A stretch of DNA of 64,000 nucleotides, from assembly GCA_044228285.1 (NCBI GenBank), contig JBGAVD010000005.1:193648-257647 (forward strand), read 5' to 3'. Both the position numbers and the translations under genes were made by a program. Below the pieces are notes generated by a model. The model did not search any database. It saw nothing but the letters and a program-made list of their open reading frames with translations, and had not been told where the DNA came from. Below, piece after piece: positions 26,757-37,280 of the stretch. Position 1 is the first letter of the stretch. Each line of letters begins with the position of its first letter. The DNA comes from Chlorobiota bacterium. GTDB taxonomy: Bacteria > Bacteroidota > Ignavibacteria > Kapaibacteriales > NICIL-2.

Positions 26757-28229
26757 ATGAAAACACTCTTTTGTATACTATGCATCACGCTACTCTCTGT
26801 CACTTTGCCTGCGCAGCAAACAGCGGTATCAACATCGAAAGACACGAAACGCACGTCTCTCTCAATCTACAATGAGGGCTTTGGCATTGTCCGACAGCAA
26901 CGCAACCTCATGTTGCAAAGCGGGACGAATCTCTTGCGCTTTGAAGACGTTGCCGCTCGTATTGATCCAACGTCAATTAGTATCAAATCTCTGAACCACA
27001 GTGATGCGCTTAGTGTGCGTGAGCAGAACTACCAATATGATCTCTTGAACCCTGTGTCGATTCTCAACAAATCGGTTGGTAAGACTATACGCTTTCGTCG
27101 TAGTCTTCCTAACGGCCAAAGTGATGTTATCGAAGGCACATTGTTGAATCCACCTGTATCAGTTGTGTACCAGCCTGATCAAGGAGGAAGTCAGTCGAGC
27201 TATAATGACTTAGTTATTCGCACGAACGATAACAAGATCATCCTCAATCCTATTGGAGAAATGATCCTCGATGAGGTTCCTACGGGGCTCGTCAGTAAGC
27301 CTTCCTTACTCTGGAAGCTCAACAACTCACACGCTGGTGAGCACCTGACTGAGGTCGCATATATGAGCGAAGGTCTTCAATGGAGTGCGAACTATGTTAC
27401 TGTTCTCAATGACGCTGACTCGAAGGTGGATTTGAATGGCTGGGTTACTCTGAACAATCAAAGTGGCACTACCTATCACGATGCACAGCTGCAACTAGTA
27501 GCCGGCAGCGTGCGCCGCGTCCAAGAAGCACAGCCAATGTTGAACTATAAAACGATGATGCGCGCTGATGCGATGGAAGCTTCCGCTCCATTCCAGGAAC
27601 AATCCTTCTTCGAGTATCATCTTTACACTCTTGATGGAACCACAACATTAGCCGATAATGAAACGAAGCAGATGCAACTTCTTGCAGCCAACAATGTCGA
27701 CGTAAGAAAGAAACTCGTGTTCGATGCTGAGCGTTATCACTCCTATGTTCGAACGCCTGGCGATGGATCGTCGACCGAGGAAATCAAAGCTGCTATCATC
27801 GTTGAGTTGAAGAACTCCAAGGCGAACAACATGGGTATGCCTCTGCCAAAAGGGAAGGTGAGAGTGTATAAGGCAGACTCACAAGGCCGACTCCAGTTCT
27901 TGGGCGAAGACAACATCAATCATACTCCAAGTGATGAGACTGTACGACTCTATATCGGAGACGCGTTTGATGTTGTAGGTACGCGTGTTCAGAAAGACTA
28001 CAAACAAAGTTCAAAACGAAGCACCGAGATTAGCTACGAAGTCACCATACGAAATCACAAAAACACGACAGCCGAGGTTTCAGTTGTCGAGCATGGCTAT
28101 GGTGATTGGGAAGTGATCGGCACCAATGCGAAGAACACAAGAATCGATGCATCTACCATCGAGTTTCCGCTCACTTTAGCAAAGGATGAATCGAAAACTA
28201 TCAGTTATACTGTGCGTACGAAGTGGTAG
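26757..28229 (+). CDS. Secreted hypothetical protein, DUF4139/DUF4140-like
   Basis: Signal peptide. The N-terminal segment (SLSIYNEGFGIVRQ...LRFEDVAARIDPTSISIK) resembles the DUF4140 N-domain. Overall size and beta-rich character fit DUF4139 proteins. This is family-level recall only. Confidence 0.4.
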   Translation: MKTLFCILCITLLSVTLPAQQTAVSTSKDTKRTSLSIYNEGFGIVRQQRNLMLQSGTNLLRFEDVAARIDPTSISIKSLNHSDALSVREQNYQYDLLNPVSILNKSVGKTIRFRRSLPNGQSDVIEGTLLNPPVSVVYQPDQGGSQSSYNDLVIRTNDNKIILNPIGEMILDEVPTGLVSKPSLLWKLNNSHAGEHLTEVAYMSEGLQWSANYVTVLNDADSKVDLNGWVTLNNQSGTTYHDAQLQLVAGSVRRVQEAQPMLNYKTMMRADAMEASAPFQEQSFFEYHLYTLDGTTTLADNETKQMQLLAANNVDVRKKLVFDAERYHSYVRTPGDGSSTEEIKAAIIVELKNSKANNMGMPLPKGKVRVYKADSQGRLQFLGEDNINHTPSDETVRLYIGDAFDVVGTRVQKDYKQSSKRSTEISYEVTIRNHKNTTAEVSVVEHGYGDWEVIGTNAKNTRIDASTIEFPLTLAKDESKTISYTVRTKW

Positions 28230-29281
28230 CATCCCAGTACATACTTGCTATTGAATCATCATGCGATGATAGCTCTGCTTCCGTACTCTGTGACGGCGTA
28301 GTACGGAGCAACGTTATATCATCACAGGCATTCCATGCACAATGGGGAGGAGTCATACCAGAGCTCGCTTCGCGAGCACACTTGGAAAATGTTCCCATTG
28401 TTGTGCGCGCAGCTTTAGAGGAAGCAGGGTGCAAGATGTCTGAGATCACCGCCATCGCTTGTACAACTAAACCTGGACTTCTCGGCGCATTGCTTGTAGG
28501 ATCGAACTATGCAAAAGGACTTGCCCTTCGAGCTGGACTTCCTTGCGTGCCAGTGAATCACATTGAAGGACACCTCTATTCTGCCTTTCTTGAGTCAGAA
28601 CAGATTCGCTTTCCTTTTGTTGCGCTTATCGTCAGCGGTGGTCATACCTCTCTTTTTCTTGTGGAGTCATTCAATTCATACCGCATCCTTGGGTCAACTC
28701 GAGACGACGCAGCAGGTGAGGCTTTTGACAAGGCAGCAAAGTTGTTAGGACTTGGCTATCCAGGTGGTGCTTCTATTGACAGACGATCCCAGCCAGAGCA
28801 CCGCGACTTCGTGCACTTTCCGCGAGCACTCATCAATGACCCTTCCTATGAGTTTAGCTTTAGTGGTATCAAAACGGCCGTAAGAAACTACGTTCAACAG
28901 CACCATAAGGACGAGTTAGATGACCTAACACGCAACAAGATCTGTTCTTCCATTCAAGAAGCGATCGTTGATGTACTCGTACAAAAAACAGTGCGTGCAG
29001 CTGTCGAGTTTAAGGTGCAAGATATTGTCATCGCTGGAGGCGTCTCAGCAAATAGCAGACTACGTGCACTCATGACGGAGCAGTGTGCTACAGGCGGACT
29101 CCACTTTGTCGCTCCTCGTATGTCGTATTCCCTCGACAATGCCGCCATGATCGGCTTTGTTGCACATCAGAAGATTCGGGAGCTTGGTCCCTCAGCCTTT
29201 AGATCTATCGACTTTGAGGTCAACTCCAAGGCTATGAGAATGCACCGACACGGATCAGCTAACCACGCATCTGCTCAGTAG
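28223..29281 (+). CDS. tsaD: tRNA N6-adenosine threonylcarbamoyltransferase TsaD
   Basis: ILAIESSCDDSSASV, HIEGHL and LIVSGGHT motifs. A GTG start overlaps the upstream stop by 7 nt. Confidence 0.85.
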   Translation: MVASQYILAIESSCDDSSASVLCDGVVRSNVISSQAFHAQWGGVIPELASRAHLENVPIVVRAALEEAGCKMSEITAIACTTKPGLLGALLVGSNYAKGLALRAGLPCVPVNHIEGHLYSAFLESEQIRFPFVALIVSGGHTSLFLVESFNSYRILGSTRDDAAGEAFDKAAKLLGLGYPGGASIDRRSQPEHRDFVHFPRALINDPSYEFSFSGIKTAVRNYVQQHHKDELDDLTRNKICSSIQEAIVDVLVQKTVRAAVEFKVQDIVIAGGVSANSRLRALMTEQCATGGLHFVAPRMSYSLDNAAMIGFVAHQKIRELGPSAFRSIDFEVNSKAMRMHRHGSANHASAQ

Positions 29282-29313
29282 CAAGCATCGCTGATATCCA
29301 ACCTTCAGAAGAG

Positions 29314-29341
29314 TAAAAAAAAAGCCAGGCGAAGCCTGGCT
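29314..29341 (-). terminator. Terminator hairpin (gccaggc-gaa-gcctggc) serving ald on the - strand (A9 on + = T9 after the stem on -); possibly bidirectional for tsaD
   Basis: Perfect 7-bp GC stem with adjacent A9 / T-run. Confidence 0.6.
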
Positions 29342-29366
29342 TAATAAAAAGAACATTGCAGAACAC

Positions 29367-30482
29367 TTAGCTGATAAGCGTCTTTGGATCGGTGTATTTC
29401 ATTCCAAATGGCTCAGCGACTGCTTCATAAACGATGTGCCCATCCAAGAAGTTGAGACCTAACCAGAGTTCATGGTTACTCTTCACTGCATCTTTCCAAC
29501 CCATGCCTGCCAATTGCAAAGCATAAGGAAGTGTTGCGTTTGTCAATGCAATTGTTGAGGTGTACGGAACAGCGCCTGGCATGTTCGCAACACAATAGTG
29601 AACAACGTCATCAATGACGAATGTTGGGTTCTCGTGAGTTGTAGGCTTTGTTGTTTCTATACAACCACCTTGATCAACTGACACGTCTACAAGAACGGCA
29701 CCCTTTTTCATGGTTGGGAGCATATCGCGAGTAACCAAGAAGGGAGCTTTTGCACCTGGGATAAGAACTGCACCAACGACGACGTCTGCTTCAACAACAG
29801 CCTTCTGAACGTTAGCTGGAGTTGACATCATGGTGATGACATTCTTTGGCATTACGTCATCGAGATAACGCAAGCGGTACAAGTTGTTGTCCATGATGGT
29901 TACACGAGCACCAAAACCCGCTGCAATTTTCGCGGCATTGATACCCACAATTCCACCACCGAGTACAAGAACGTTACCAGGAGCTGTGCCAGGAACACCG
30001 CCGAGTAGAACTCCACGACCGCCCATTGCGCGCTCAAGGTACTTAGCACCTTGTTGAGGAGCCATACGGCCAGCAACTTCGCTCATAGGGATCAGGAGAG
30101 GGAGTGAACCGTCGATCTTCTGAACTGTTTCATATGCGATACAGATACTGTTCGTCTTTACCATTGCTTCCGTGAGTTCACGATTTGCAGCAGCATGGAA
30201 ATATGTGAAAACGATTTGACCAGCGCGAATCAAGTCATATTCCTGCTTGATTGGTTCTTTAACCTTCATGATCATCTCAGCTTTAGCGAAAACTTCCGCT
30301 GCTGTTGGGATGATGGTAGTACCAGCTTTGATGTAATCTTCGTTGGTGAAGCCACTACCCAAACCACCATTGTTTTCTACAAGCACAGTGTGACCATGTT
30401 TAACGAGCATATCAGCGCCACCTGGGGTGAGGGCAATACGATTCTCATTGGTTTTGATTTCCTTAGGAACTCCGACGATCAT
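29367..30482 (-). CDS. ald: Alanine dehydrogenase
   Basis: N-terminus MIVGVPKEIKTNENRIALTPGG and NAD-binding VLVLGGGIVGINAAKIA. Length 371 aa. Confidence 0.9.
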   Translation of the reverse strand: MIVGVPKEIKTNENRIALTPGGADMLVKHGHTVLVENNGGLGSGFTNEDYIKAGTTIIPTAAEVFAKAEMIMKVKEPIKQEYDLIRAGQIVFTYFHAAANRELTEAMVKTNSICIAYETVQKIDGSLPLLIPMSEVAGRMAPQQGAKYLERAMGGRGVLLGGVPGTAPGNVLVLGGGIVGINAAKIAAGFGARVTIMDNNLYRLRYLDDVMPKNVITMMSTPANVQKAVVEADVVVGAVLIPGAKAPFLVTRDMLPTMKKGAVLVDVSVDQGGCIETTKPTTHENPTFVIDDVVHYCVANMPGAVPYTSTIALTNATLPYALQLAGMGWKDAVKSNHELWLGLNFLDGHIVYEAVAEPFGMKYTDPKTLIS

Positions 30483-30800
30483 AGCGAAACCTTTCGATTG
30501 AGTGAGAAAATTGTCTTGTGTGAATCATACAAAGTTACGGGGAAGCAGGGAATGCTAAGTGAAGAATTGCAGGGCAAAGTGGGCATTTCCACCTCTTTTT
30601 CAAGGAAAAATGAATCGTACATACTTTCTGGATACCTTCCCTTTGCGTCTAAAGATGGTCGAGGTCTTACAGTGTGTGGGAGAGTGTCCGATACACTCAA
30701 AAAAAGTCTGAATGGTTCACAACATGTTAAATTGTGTCCTATTCAAGGATGAATCGTCATTGCGATTCTGATCAACGGATCCATCAATACAGAGACTGCA

Positions 30801-31562
30801 ATGCTCAACGGAAAGAAAGTCGTCGTCGTTTTACCAGCATATAATGCCGAGTTGACACTAGAGAAGACCATTCGTGAGGTCCCCATGGACATCGTGGATG
30901 AGTTAGTGCTTGTGGATGACAATAGCAAGGACAATACTATTGCTAAGGCGAAGGAGATTGGTCTCAAACACGTGATCAAGCATGAGAACAACAAGGGTTA
31001 TGGCGGTAATCAGAAAACCTGTTACGCGAAAGCGATAGAGCTTGGCGCTGACATCGTGATCATGTTGCACCCGGATTATCAGTACACTCCAAAGCTCATC
31101 ATTGCGATGGCTAGCATCATAGCCAACGACGTCTATCCTGTAGTTCTGGGTTCGCGGATCCTTGGTAAAGGTGCTCTTCGCGGCGGTATGCCGGTTTATA
31201 AGTACATTGCAAATCGCCTGTTGACCTTGTCGCAGAATTTACTCAGCGGACAAAAACTCTCTGAGTATCATACCGGCTATCGCGCTTTCTCGAAGGAAGT
31301 GTTTGATCGCATTGATATCAACGTAAACAATGACGACTTTGTGTTTGACAATGAAATGCTGTCGCAGATTATCTATGCGGGTTTTGAGATAGCAGAAGTT
31401 ACATGCCCCACAAAGTACTTTGAGGAAGCTTCATCTATCAACTTCAGCAGAAGTGTGAAGTATGGTCTCGGAGTCCTCGGCGTTTCGTTCCAACACTTTC
31501 TGGCGCGCACCGGTATCTCAAAGCACCACCGCTACAGCGCAGCTGTTGTTAAGCCTCTTTAA
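30801..31562 (+). CDS. GT2-family glycosyltransferase (dolichyl-phosphate mannosyltransferase-like)
   Basis: VVLPAYNAE...VLVDDNSKDNT DxD-containing GT-A N-terminal domain. Confidence 0.75.
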   Translation: MLNGKKVVVVLPAYNAELTLEKTIREVPMDIVDELVLVDDNSKDNTIAKAKEIGLKHVIKHENNKGYGGNQKTCYAKAIELGADIVIMLHPDYQYTPKLIIAMASIIANDVYPVVLGSRILGKGALRGGMPVYKYIANRLLTLSQNLLSGQKLSEYHTGYRAFSKEVFDRIDINVNNDDFVFDNEMLSQIIYAGFEIAEVTCPTKYFEEASSINFSRSVKYGLGVLGVSFQHFLARTGISKHHRYSAAVVKPL

Positions 31563-31621
31563 AGGACTCCGGAAGAACATCACCAATACGAACTTTGCTC
31601 CTTGGCTACGACCTCTGTAGT

Positions 31622-32494
31622 CTATAAAGGCGCTTGCACAGCCTCTCGGAGTGCGTCTTTCAGTTCAGAAGGGAGCGACGGAACTCGTTGGAGCAATTGT
31701 GCAGCCGTCGTCTGAGCTTCACTTGTTTTTCCCAACTTTCGCAGAGCCATTATTCTACGAATGGTAGCCTCATAACTTCCGCGATGCAATTGTTGTTTGC
31801 GCGTACTATGCTGAAACAGAGAGTCTAGCACTTTCTGCTGTACTCCAGCATAGTTCTCCAAGTACCGAGTCTGTATGGTACGTACTTGAACAGGGTCCGT
31901 AGTAGAAGGCACCACTACCGTATCAACATACTCCACTGCCTCAGAACGCGAGAAGAGAGTTGAGTACACATCATGCTTTACAATGAGTGATGTGCTATCA
32001 ATTTGCTCAATCTCGGGGTTGCCATTCTCAACACTGAGTACCCTCTCGAAACAAGAACCTTTCATGCGGTACAGCTCCAAACCTTTAGTAGCTGTTGTCG
32101 AGGAACCGCCTCCATTCGTGTAAACAACCAAATCTAGAGCAGCGTTTTTTTCAAAGCCAAACATCTTACATGATTCAAAATCTTCAAGACTAAAGCAACA
32201 ACTCTGGAGGAAGCGCTTCTCTGAAGTACTCCACAGAAACAAGTGTACAGAGTCCCGCCGATGCGAACGCAAGCTAGAATCACGAACGATGACAATCGCT
32301 TCCTCTATTCCATCCTTGTTGAAGTCTGAGCGGACTAGCACATGGCTTTGTTGGCTGAGCTCTCGAGGAACTTCAAAGAGCATTGTAGTTGAAAGTGGTT
32401 CACTTCGCTTCTCTCCGCAGGAGAGAATGAGTAGGCTGGTAGCCGCTATCAGGCGAACACAGAGCGTAAGAAGGGGAATGCGCAGAGCTTTCAT
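31622..32494 (-). CDS. Hypothetical lipoprotein
   Basis: Lipobox-like LLILSCGEK after a hydrophobic h-region. The start is taken at MKALRIPLL. The ORF extends to 32542, which would leave only 11 nt to the divergent gene. Confidence 0.4.
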   Translation of the reverse strand: MKALRIPLLTLCVRLIAATSLLILSCGEKRSEPLSTTMLFEVPRELSQQSHVLVRSDFNKDGIEEAIVIVRDSSLRSHRRDSVHLFLWSTSEKRFLQSCCFSLEDFESCKMFGFEKNAALDLVVYTNGGGSSTTATKGLELYRMKGSCFERVLSVENGNPEIEQIDSTSLIVKHDVYSTLFSRSEAVEYVDTVVVPSTTDPVQVRTIQTRYLENYAGVQQKVLDSLFQHSTRKQQLHRGSYEATIRRIMALRKLGKTSEAQTTAAQLLQRVPSLPSELKDALREAVQAPL

Positions 32495-32553
32495 ATATTT
32501 GGTGTCGTAGCTAAACCACAAAACTACACAGACGGGACTCACCAGAGAGGATC

Positions 32554-33384
32554 ATGAGGCGTAATCTTATTGTTCTTTGTTTGTTTTACTCTATTGCAGT
32601 CTCTGCACAGCCACAATGGCAACAAGCGGAAGCATTGGAGAAGCTCAATAGTAGTTCGGACGACTATGCTCCTTGTTGGAATCCATTCAATAACACACTC
32701 TTGTTTACCAGTGAGCGAAGCGGTCGCGCCCGGTTGTTTTGCGCTGATAGTAGTTTTAGCGTTGTTGGTGACTTCACACTCTTCAATCAAAGTAAAGGCA
32801 AGGCATATGCTTTTTCCTCTATGTCGAAGAGCGGGGTCTTTCTGTGTTCTGTGTATCGCCATGGAGAACGACAAGCCATAGCTACCATCGCGAGTTCCAG
32901 ATTAATCAATAGTGTCTGGTCCGAATTGGAGCTAGAGAATAGCGTCCTTAGTGACAGCTTCAGTTCACACCCGACGATTTCCCCAAGTGGGTCGACAATA
33001 GTGTTTGTGTCTGATCGCGAGGGTGGTCAAGGAGGTACTGATTTGTGGCTCTGCACACGCAGTGGCTCGATATGGGGAACGCCAGTGAACCTTGGCGAGG
33101 AGCTCAACTCAGAAGCCGATGAAGTTACTCCTTTCCTTTGCAGCGATGACACTTTGTACTTTTCCTCGAATGGCTTCGGGGGCCGCGGCGGCCAAGATGT
33201 TTTTATGACAACACTCGTTGCAGGGGAGTGGCAACCACCTTTGCCACTGAAGTCTATCAACACCTCGTTCGACGAAACAGATTTTATCGTTCTTCCAAAC
33301 CAGCGAGCTGTCTTTGCTTCAAACCGAAATGGCCTGAGAACAGATGTGGATCTGTTTAGTGCTGCTTGCCAGATAACTAAGTAG
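32554..33384 (+). CDS. TolB-like periplasmic beta-propeller (PD40/WD40-like repeat) protein
   Basis: Signal peptide plus repeated PD40-like units: FTSERSGRARLF, FVSDREGGQGGTDLW, YFSSNGFGGRGGQDVF, FASNRNGLRTDVDLF. Confidence 0.55.
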   Translation: MRRNLIVLCLFYSIAVSAQPQWQQAEALEKLNSSSDDYAPCWNPFNNTLLFTSERSGRARLFCADSSFSVVGDFTLFNQSKGKAYAFSSMSKSGVFLCSVYRHGERQAIATIASSRLINSVWSELELENSVLSDSFSSHPTISPSGSTIVFVSDREGGQGGTDLWLCTRSGSIWGTPVNLGEELNSEADEVTPFLCSDDTLYFSSNGFGGRGGQDVFMTTLVAGEWQPPLPLKSINTSFDETDFIVLPNQRAVFASNRNGLRTDVDLFSAACQITK

Positions 33385-33612
33385 TTTGGGAGCCATCTTC
33401 ATGCTGAGCGCTATGCGCTCAGCCCAGTCCTTCAGATAAGCTGGAGCAAATCAGACAGCTTATTCACATTCATGCTTGACAGACGGCCGCTCATCTCGGC
33501 ACTGGATAGACGCCTTCCTTCAAATGAAAACAAAGCAGGCGAAGCAATGCTTCGCCTGTGCCAATCAATGATCCGTATTCTTTGAATATCACTTCGATGA
33601 CCAGGTTCCGAA

Positions 33613-34389
33613 CTACTTCAATGAGAACTTGGTCATCGTACGTTGACTTCCAGCAATTCTCATAACGGGACTTGGACTCAGCGCTGTCATGACATTGGAT
33701 TGCTCGGTCTTCGACAACCAAAGTCCAACATTCTCAACAAAGTAAAAATGCTGCGTCAACGTATAACTGATCGTTCCTCCATTCACGATTACTTTAAAGT
33801 ACTGAATGTACTCACGAGCATCGTAATTCGTCCCTGCAATTGTGGCTGATTTTGAAGCTCCCGTTGCACCTGTCACTTCAAAACGAATAGTAGCAGAGAT
33901 GGTTCCCAAGCCGAACTTGGAGAGATTTAACATAACTCCAGTAAAAGTTGTGTCGAGCGACTTCCAGGAAGCCGCATCATCACTAGGTTTTACTTTCACC
34001 CAGAGGGCTGGTGCAACGAGCGCGGGAGCCAGAGTATCGAGTAAGCTTACTTTCGTGTTCACGAAGGTATAGATCGTACCTGTCGCACTATCTTTTGAAA
34101 AGAATGTCGTGTCGACCATTGCATCAGGACGAGCATACAAAATTCTAAATGCAGCACGATTGTTGTACCAGAGCGAGTCGCTTACGTAGGCTGAATCTTG
34201 AACTATCGGACCGCTTACATCGTTCGTAAGGGTATCGACTTCTTGGCGACTATAAAGCCAGTAGTTGCCGACTTTCAAGGGCAGAAAGTTCTTCGCTGGC
34301 GTGGGTGTCGGAGTCGGTGTTGTTGAGTCACTACAAGAACTGAGGGTGGCCGCTATGACAACGACAGCAGCTAAAATGCTATACTTCAT
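33613..34389 (-). CDS. Hypothetical lipoprotein
   Basis: MKYSILAAVVVIAATLSSCSD lipobox followed by a TPTPTPTP linker. The start is at the internal Met. The ORF extends to 34458. Confidence 0.4.
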   Translation of the reverse strand: MKYSILAAVVVIAATLSSCSDSTTPTPTPTPAKNFLPLKVGNYWLYSRQEVDTLTNDVSGPIVQDSAYVSDSLWYNNRAAFRILYARPDAMVDTTFFSKDSATGTIYTFVNTKVSLLDTLAPALVAPALWVKVKPSDDAASWKSLDTTFTGVMLNLSKFGLGTISATIRFEVTGATGASKSATIAGTNYDAREYIQYFKVIVNGGTISYTLTQHFYFVENVGLWLSKTEQSNVMTALSPSPVMRIAGSQRTMTKFSLK

Positions 34390-34483
34390 GTGAGATACTC
34401 CATAGATATGGTGGATAGAATGTTCTGTTTGCGTGATTATACGTCGGTCTATCACCACTTCGTTTCAACCCAGTTGAAATGCT

Positions 34484-34900
34484 CTATTCGCCGTTCTTAG
34501 CTGGAGCAGGAAGGGGACCGATGAGTGCAATGTACGCACCTGCTGGATCTTGAATCACGCAAAAATGAAATTCACCCATTTTCCTGGGACCGTCGACACA
34601 TTTACCACCGAGTTCGAGTGCCTGCTTAGCCCGTTCCTGCACATCCGGAACTTCAACATAGAGTAACCATTGCGGAGGTACATTTGCATTTGAGCCTTTT
34701 GCATAGCAAACACCGGCAATCGCCTCAGAAGCAGAATCAGACTCGGCAACATTCATGACGAAGTCTCCACCATGCTCTTCGCGAGCAGTAGCTTCCCATC
34801 CGCACACTTGGGAATAGAAAGAGCTCAGTTCAGCTGCATTTGGAACTGTAAGATCGTGCCACACGATGCGACCTTGTTTTTGTCTTGAATCTCTGTTCAT
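34484..34900 (-). CDS. VOC-family (glyoxalase/bleomycin-resistance fold) protein
   Basis: 138 aa, with IVWHDLTVPNAAELSSFYSQVCGWEA and a C-terminal HFCVIQDPAGAYIAL typical of paired beta-alpha-beta-beta-beta modules. Confidence 0.6.
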   Translation of the reverse strand: MNRDSRQKQGRIVWHDLTVPNAAELSSFYSQVCGWEATAREEHGGDFVMNVAESDSASEAIAGVCYAKGSNANVPPQWLLYVEVPDVQERAKQALELGGKCVDGPRKMGEFHFCVIQDPAGAYIALIGPLPAPAKNGE

Positions 34901-36072
34901 GCCATACTTCCTAGATATTTTATGACGAGAATTCCGATGTCATCTGATTGTACAACCTGAGTACTGTAACGGTGAACGCTTTCTACAACATGCATCATGA
35001 GATCATGCGCGCTGAGGTCTTGTTTGTTCAGAAGAATTGAGGCTACATTCTCAACACCGAACATACCACCATCCTTGTCATTCGCCTCCGTTACTCCATC
35101 AGTTACTACAACAATCGACTCTCCAATCTGTAGTGTACAGCTACGTGTATGGTAGGGCATGTGTGAAAGCATGCCGACGGCCATGTTTTGAGTTGGCTGG
35201 CATTCACAAACACTCCCATCGAGATTCACAATGAAAGGATTGACGTGAGCTGCATTACAGTAGTCCAGACGTCCGCTCGGAATGTGAAGTGTACCCAAGA
35301 AAACAGTTGCAAACATTGCCTGCTTGTTCTCGTCTGCAATGATGTTGTTGACGAGTGAGAGCGTATCGCTAGGCGATAGTCCTTGTAGGGTATATGAGCG
35401 AATCAGGATTCGAATCTGAGCCATGAGAAGAGCAGCTGATATCCCCTTACCGGAAACATCACCTACAACGAAAGCTAGACGCTCATCATCAACCATCATG
35501 TAGTCATAGAAGTCACCACCTACATGTCGGGCAGGTAGCATACCTCCATCGAGTTCGAACTCCTTTCGTTCAGGGAAAGCTGGTATACGGCGAGGCAGCA
35601 TCTCTTGCTGGATCTCATGTGCAATCTTCAATTCACTCTCGTACGCTTTCAGCGTATCTCGAGCTTTAAGAGCTTCGCGTACTATATCTACTCGAGCAGA
35701 GGCACGCATGATACTCTGTTGCAGGTCATCGAAGCTCACTGGCTTGACTAAATAATCACTAGCACCAGCATTCATTGCACGCCGAATAAAGTGCATGTCA
35801 TTGTAACCACTAATGACAATGGTTCGAATGTGCGGATAATATGCATTGATCTGCTCTAGGAGAGTGAGTCCGTCCATGTGAGGCATTGAGATGTCGCTCA
35901 TGACCAAAGCAATGTTTGGATGCGCCGAAATCAATTCCAGCGCTTCAATACCATCTCTGGCAAAGAGCAACGAGAGCTCGCCATGCTCGATCAATGGTTG
36001 TAAAGCAAACTCGACAAGCGTTATGAACTCTTCACTGTCGTCAACGAGAAGTAGCTGATAGCGTTCTTTCAC
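34897..36072 (-). CDS. Response regulator with receiver domain fused to PP2C/SpoIIE-type serine phosphatase (RsbU-like)
   Basis: REC: LLVDDSEEF, phospho-acceptor VMSDISMPHMDG, YLVKP. PP2C: GGDFYDYMM...FVVGDVSGKGISAALLMAQ...VVVTDGVTEA. Confidence 0.8.
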   Translation of the reverse strand: MKERYQLLLVDDSEEFITLVEFALQPLIEHGELSLLFARDGIEALELISAHPNIALVMSDISMPHMDGLTLLEQINAYYPHIRTIVISGYNDMHFIRRAMNAGASDYLVKPVSFDDLQQSIMRASARVDIVREALKARDTLKAYESELKIAHEIQQEMLPRRIPAFPERKEFELDGGMLPARHVGGDFYDYMMVDDERLAFVVGDVSGKGISAALLMAQIRILIRSYTLQGLSPSDTLSLVNNIIADENKQAMFATVFLGTLHIPSGRLDYCNAAHVNPFIVNLDGSVCECQPTQNMAVGMLSHMPYHTRSCTLQIGESIVVVTDGVTEANDKDGGMFGVENVASILLNKQDLSAHDLMMHVVESVHRYSTQVVQSDDIGILVIKYLGSMA

Positions 36073-36158
36073 TTTGAATTCCTATGCAATGCATTCCCCT
36101 AATGGAAAGCGGTCTAAGCAAGGCTCAGACCGCTTCAAAATACGTACGATCACTCATG

Positions 36159-36596
36159 TCAGAAACTAGAAGTACCTTCTCCTGAGCCGCCAAAATATGA
36201 ACGGAGTTGGAACAGCGCCCACAACATCAGAAAGTCGCCAAACAACCCACCTATGCTGAACTCTATAATGTTTGCAATCACTGCTACAAGAACTGAATAG
36301 AGTGCGAAATCCCAACCCTGTTTCGAGCCTGAAAGCATTCGCAAGCCTCCTAGCAATCCGAGCACGGCTTGGATTCCATACAGTATCAAAATGAGCATCG
36401 TCGCCGCTCCTGCTATAGGGCTTGCGACTGAAAAAAAGGTGACTAAGCCTAGAGAAGTCACGATAAACAAACCGGATATCACGGAAATAATGATCAAAAT
36501 CCATGGAAAGTAGCGGACTAGAAAATCGATGATACTCTGCGGCCATTTCGGCAGTTTAGCGAAAAAATCTCCCAACGGTTTCTCAATAGCTTCCAT
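36159..36596 (-). CDS. Hypothetical small integral membrane protein (3-4 TM)
   Basis: 145 aa, hydrophobic helices. I recognise no family. Confidence 0.4.
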   Translation of the reverse strand: MEAIEKPLGDFFAKLPKWPQSIIDFLVRYFPWILIIISVISGLFIVTSLGLVTFFSVASPIAGAATMLILILYGIQAVLGLLGGLRMLSGSKQGWDFALYSVLVAVIANIIEFSIGGLFGDFLMLWALFQLRSYFGGSGEGTSSF

Positions 36597-36641
36597 GAGA
36601 ATTCCCCTTAAAGTGATAGAAATTGAAACGAGTGAGTCGCC

Positions 36642-37280
36642 CTACTTCGCTGATAAGTCATTCAACCGCATTGAATTTGCTACGCTTTTCGTAAAGTCAT
36701 TACTTGTCTGATTGTTCGCCTTGACATTGATGACGAATCGTCCACCAATCGCATAGGTTAGCTCTGAGCGTTTGTCCTTCTTATACAAGTGCTCAATACC
36801 TGCTGAGTAGGGAAGTTTCGGATCAAAGGTCTTCGTGCTTTCATTATCATTGTCTGTCGAAAATCCCATAGCCCACATGGCGGTAACAAGTTCATATAGC
36901 CCGGGGTTTTGATTGTAGTCAAGAATCTCCACTTCCACTTCACCACCATTTGCGGAAGTATAGCGGCGCTTTGCTGTTGAGTATGACGCACCAGCCATAT
37001 TAATCGACTCACCACTTGGTTCCTCACTTGTATAACCATTGATGCTGGCTGGAAGAAATGCTTGGAGCTCTTTGTAATGTATGGCAAGCGTGTCGCCCTT
37101 GGCTTTACGCTCCTCGCGTCTCTTACTAACATCAGCATTTTTCTTTTGCATTTCATCAGCATTCTCGCTGAGATTCTTTACAGCATCCATAGCGTCTTTC
37201 ATCTCTTGAGCTTTTTCTCCGCAACTGCTGAGAGCAATAAAGAAGCAAAGAGCGACGCCGAGTATCGAAGTACGTTTCAT
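36642..37280 (-). CDS. Hypothetical lipoprotein
   Basis: MKRTSILGVALCFFIALSSCGEK lipobox. Lys/Glu-rich N-terminal half. The start is at the internal Met. The ORF extends to 37307. Confidence 0.4.
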   Translation of the reverse strand: MKRTSILGVALCFFIALSSCGEKAQEMKDAMDAVKNLSENADEMQKKNADVSKRREERKAKGDTLAIHYKELQAFLPASINGYTSEEPSGESINMAGASYSTAKRRYTSANGGEVEVEILDYNQNPGLYELVTAMWAMGFSTDNDNESTKTFDPKLPYSAGIEHLYKKDKRSELTYAIGGRFVINVKANNQTSNDFTKSVANSMRLNDLSAK

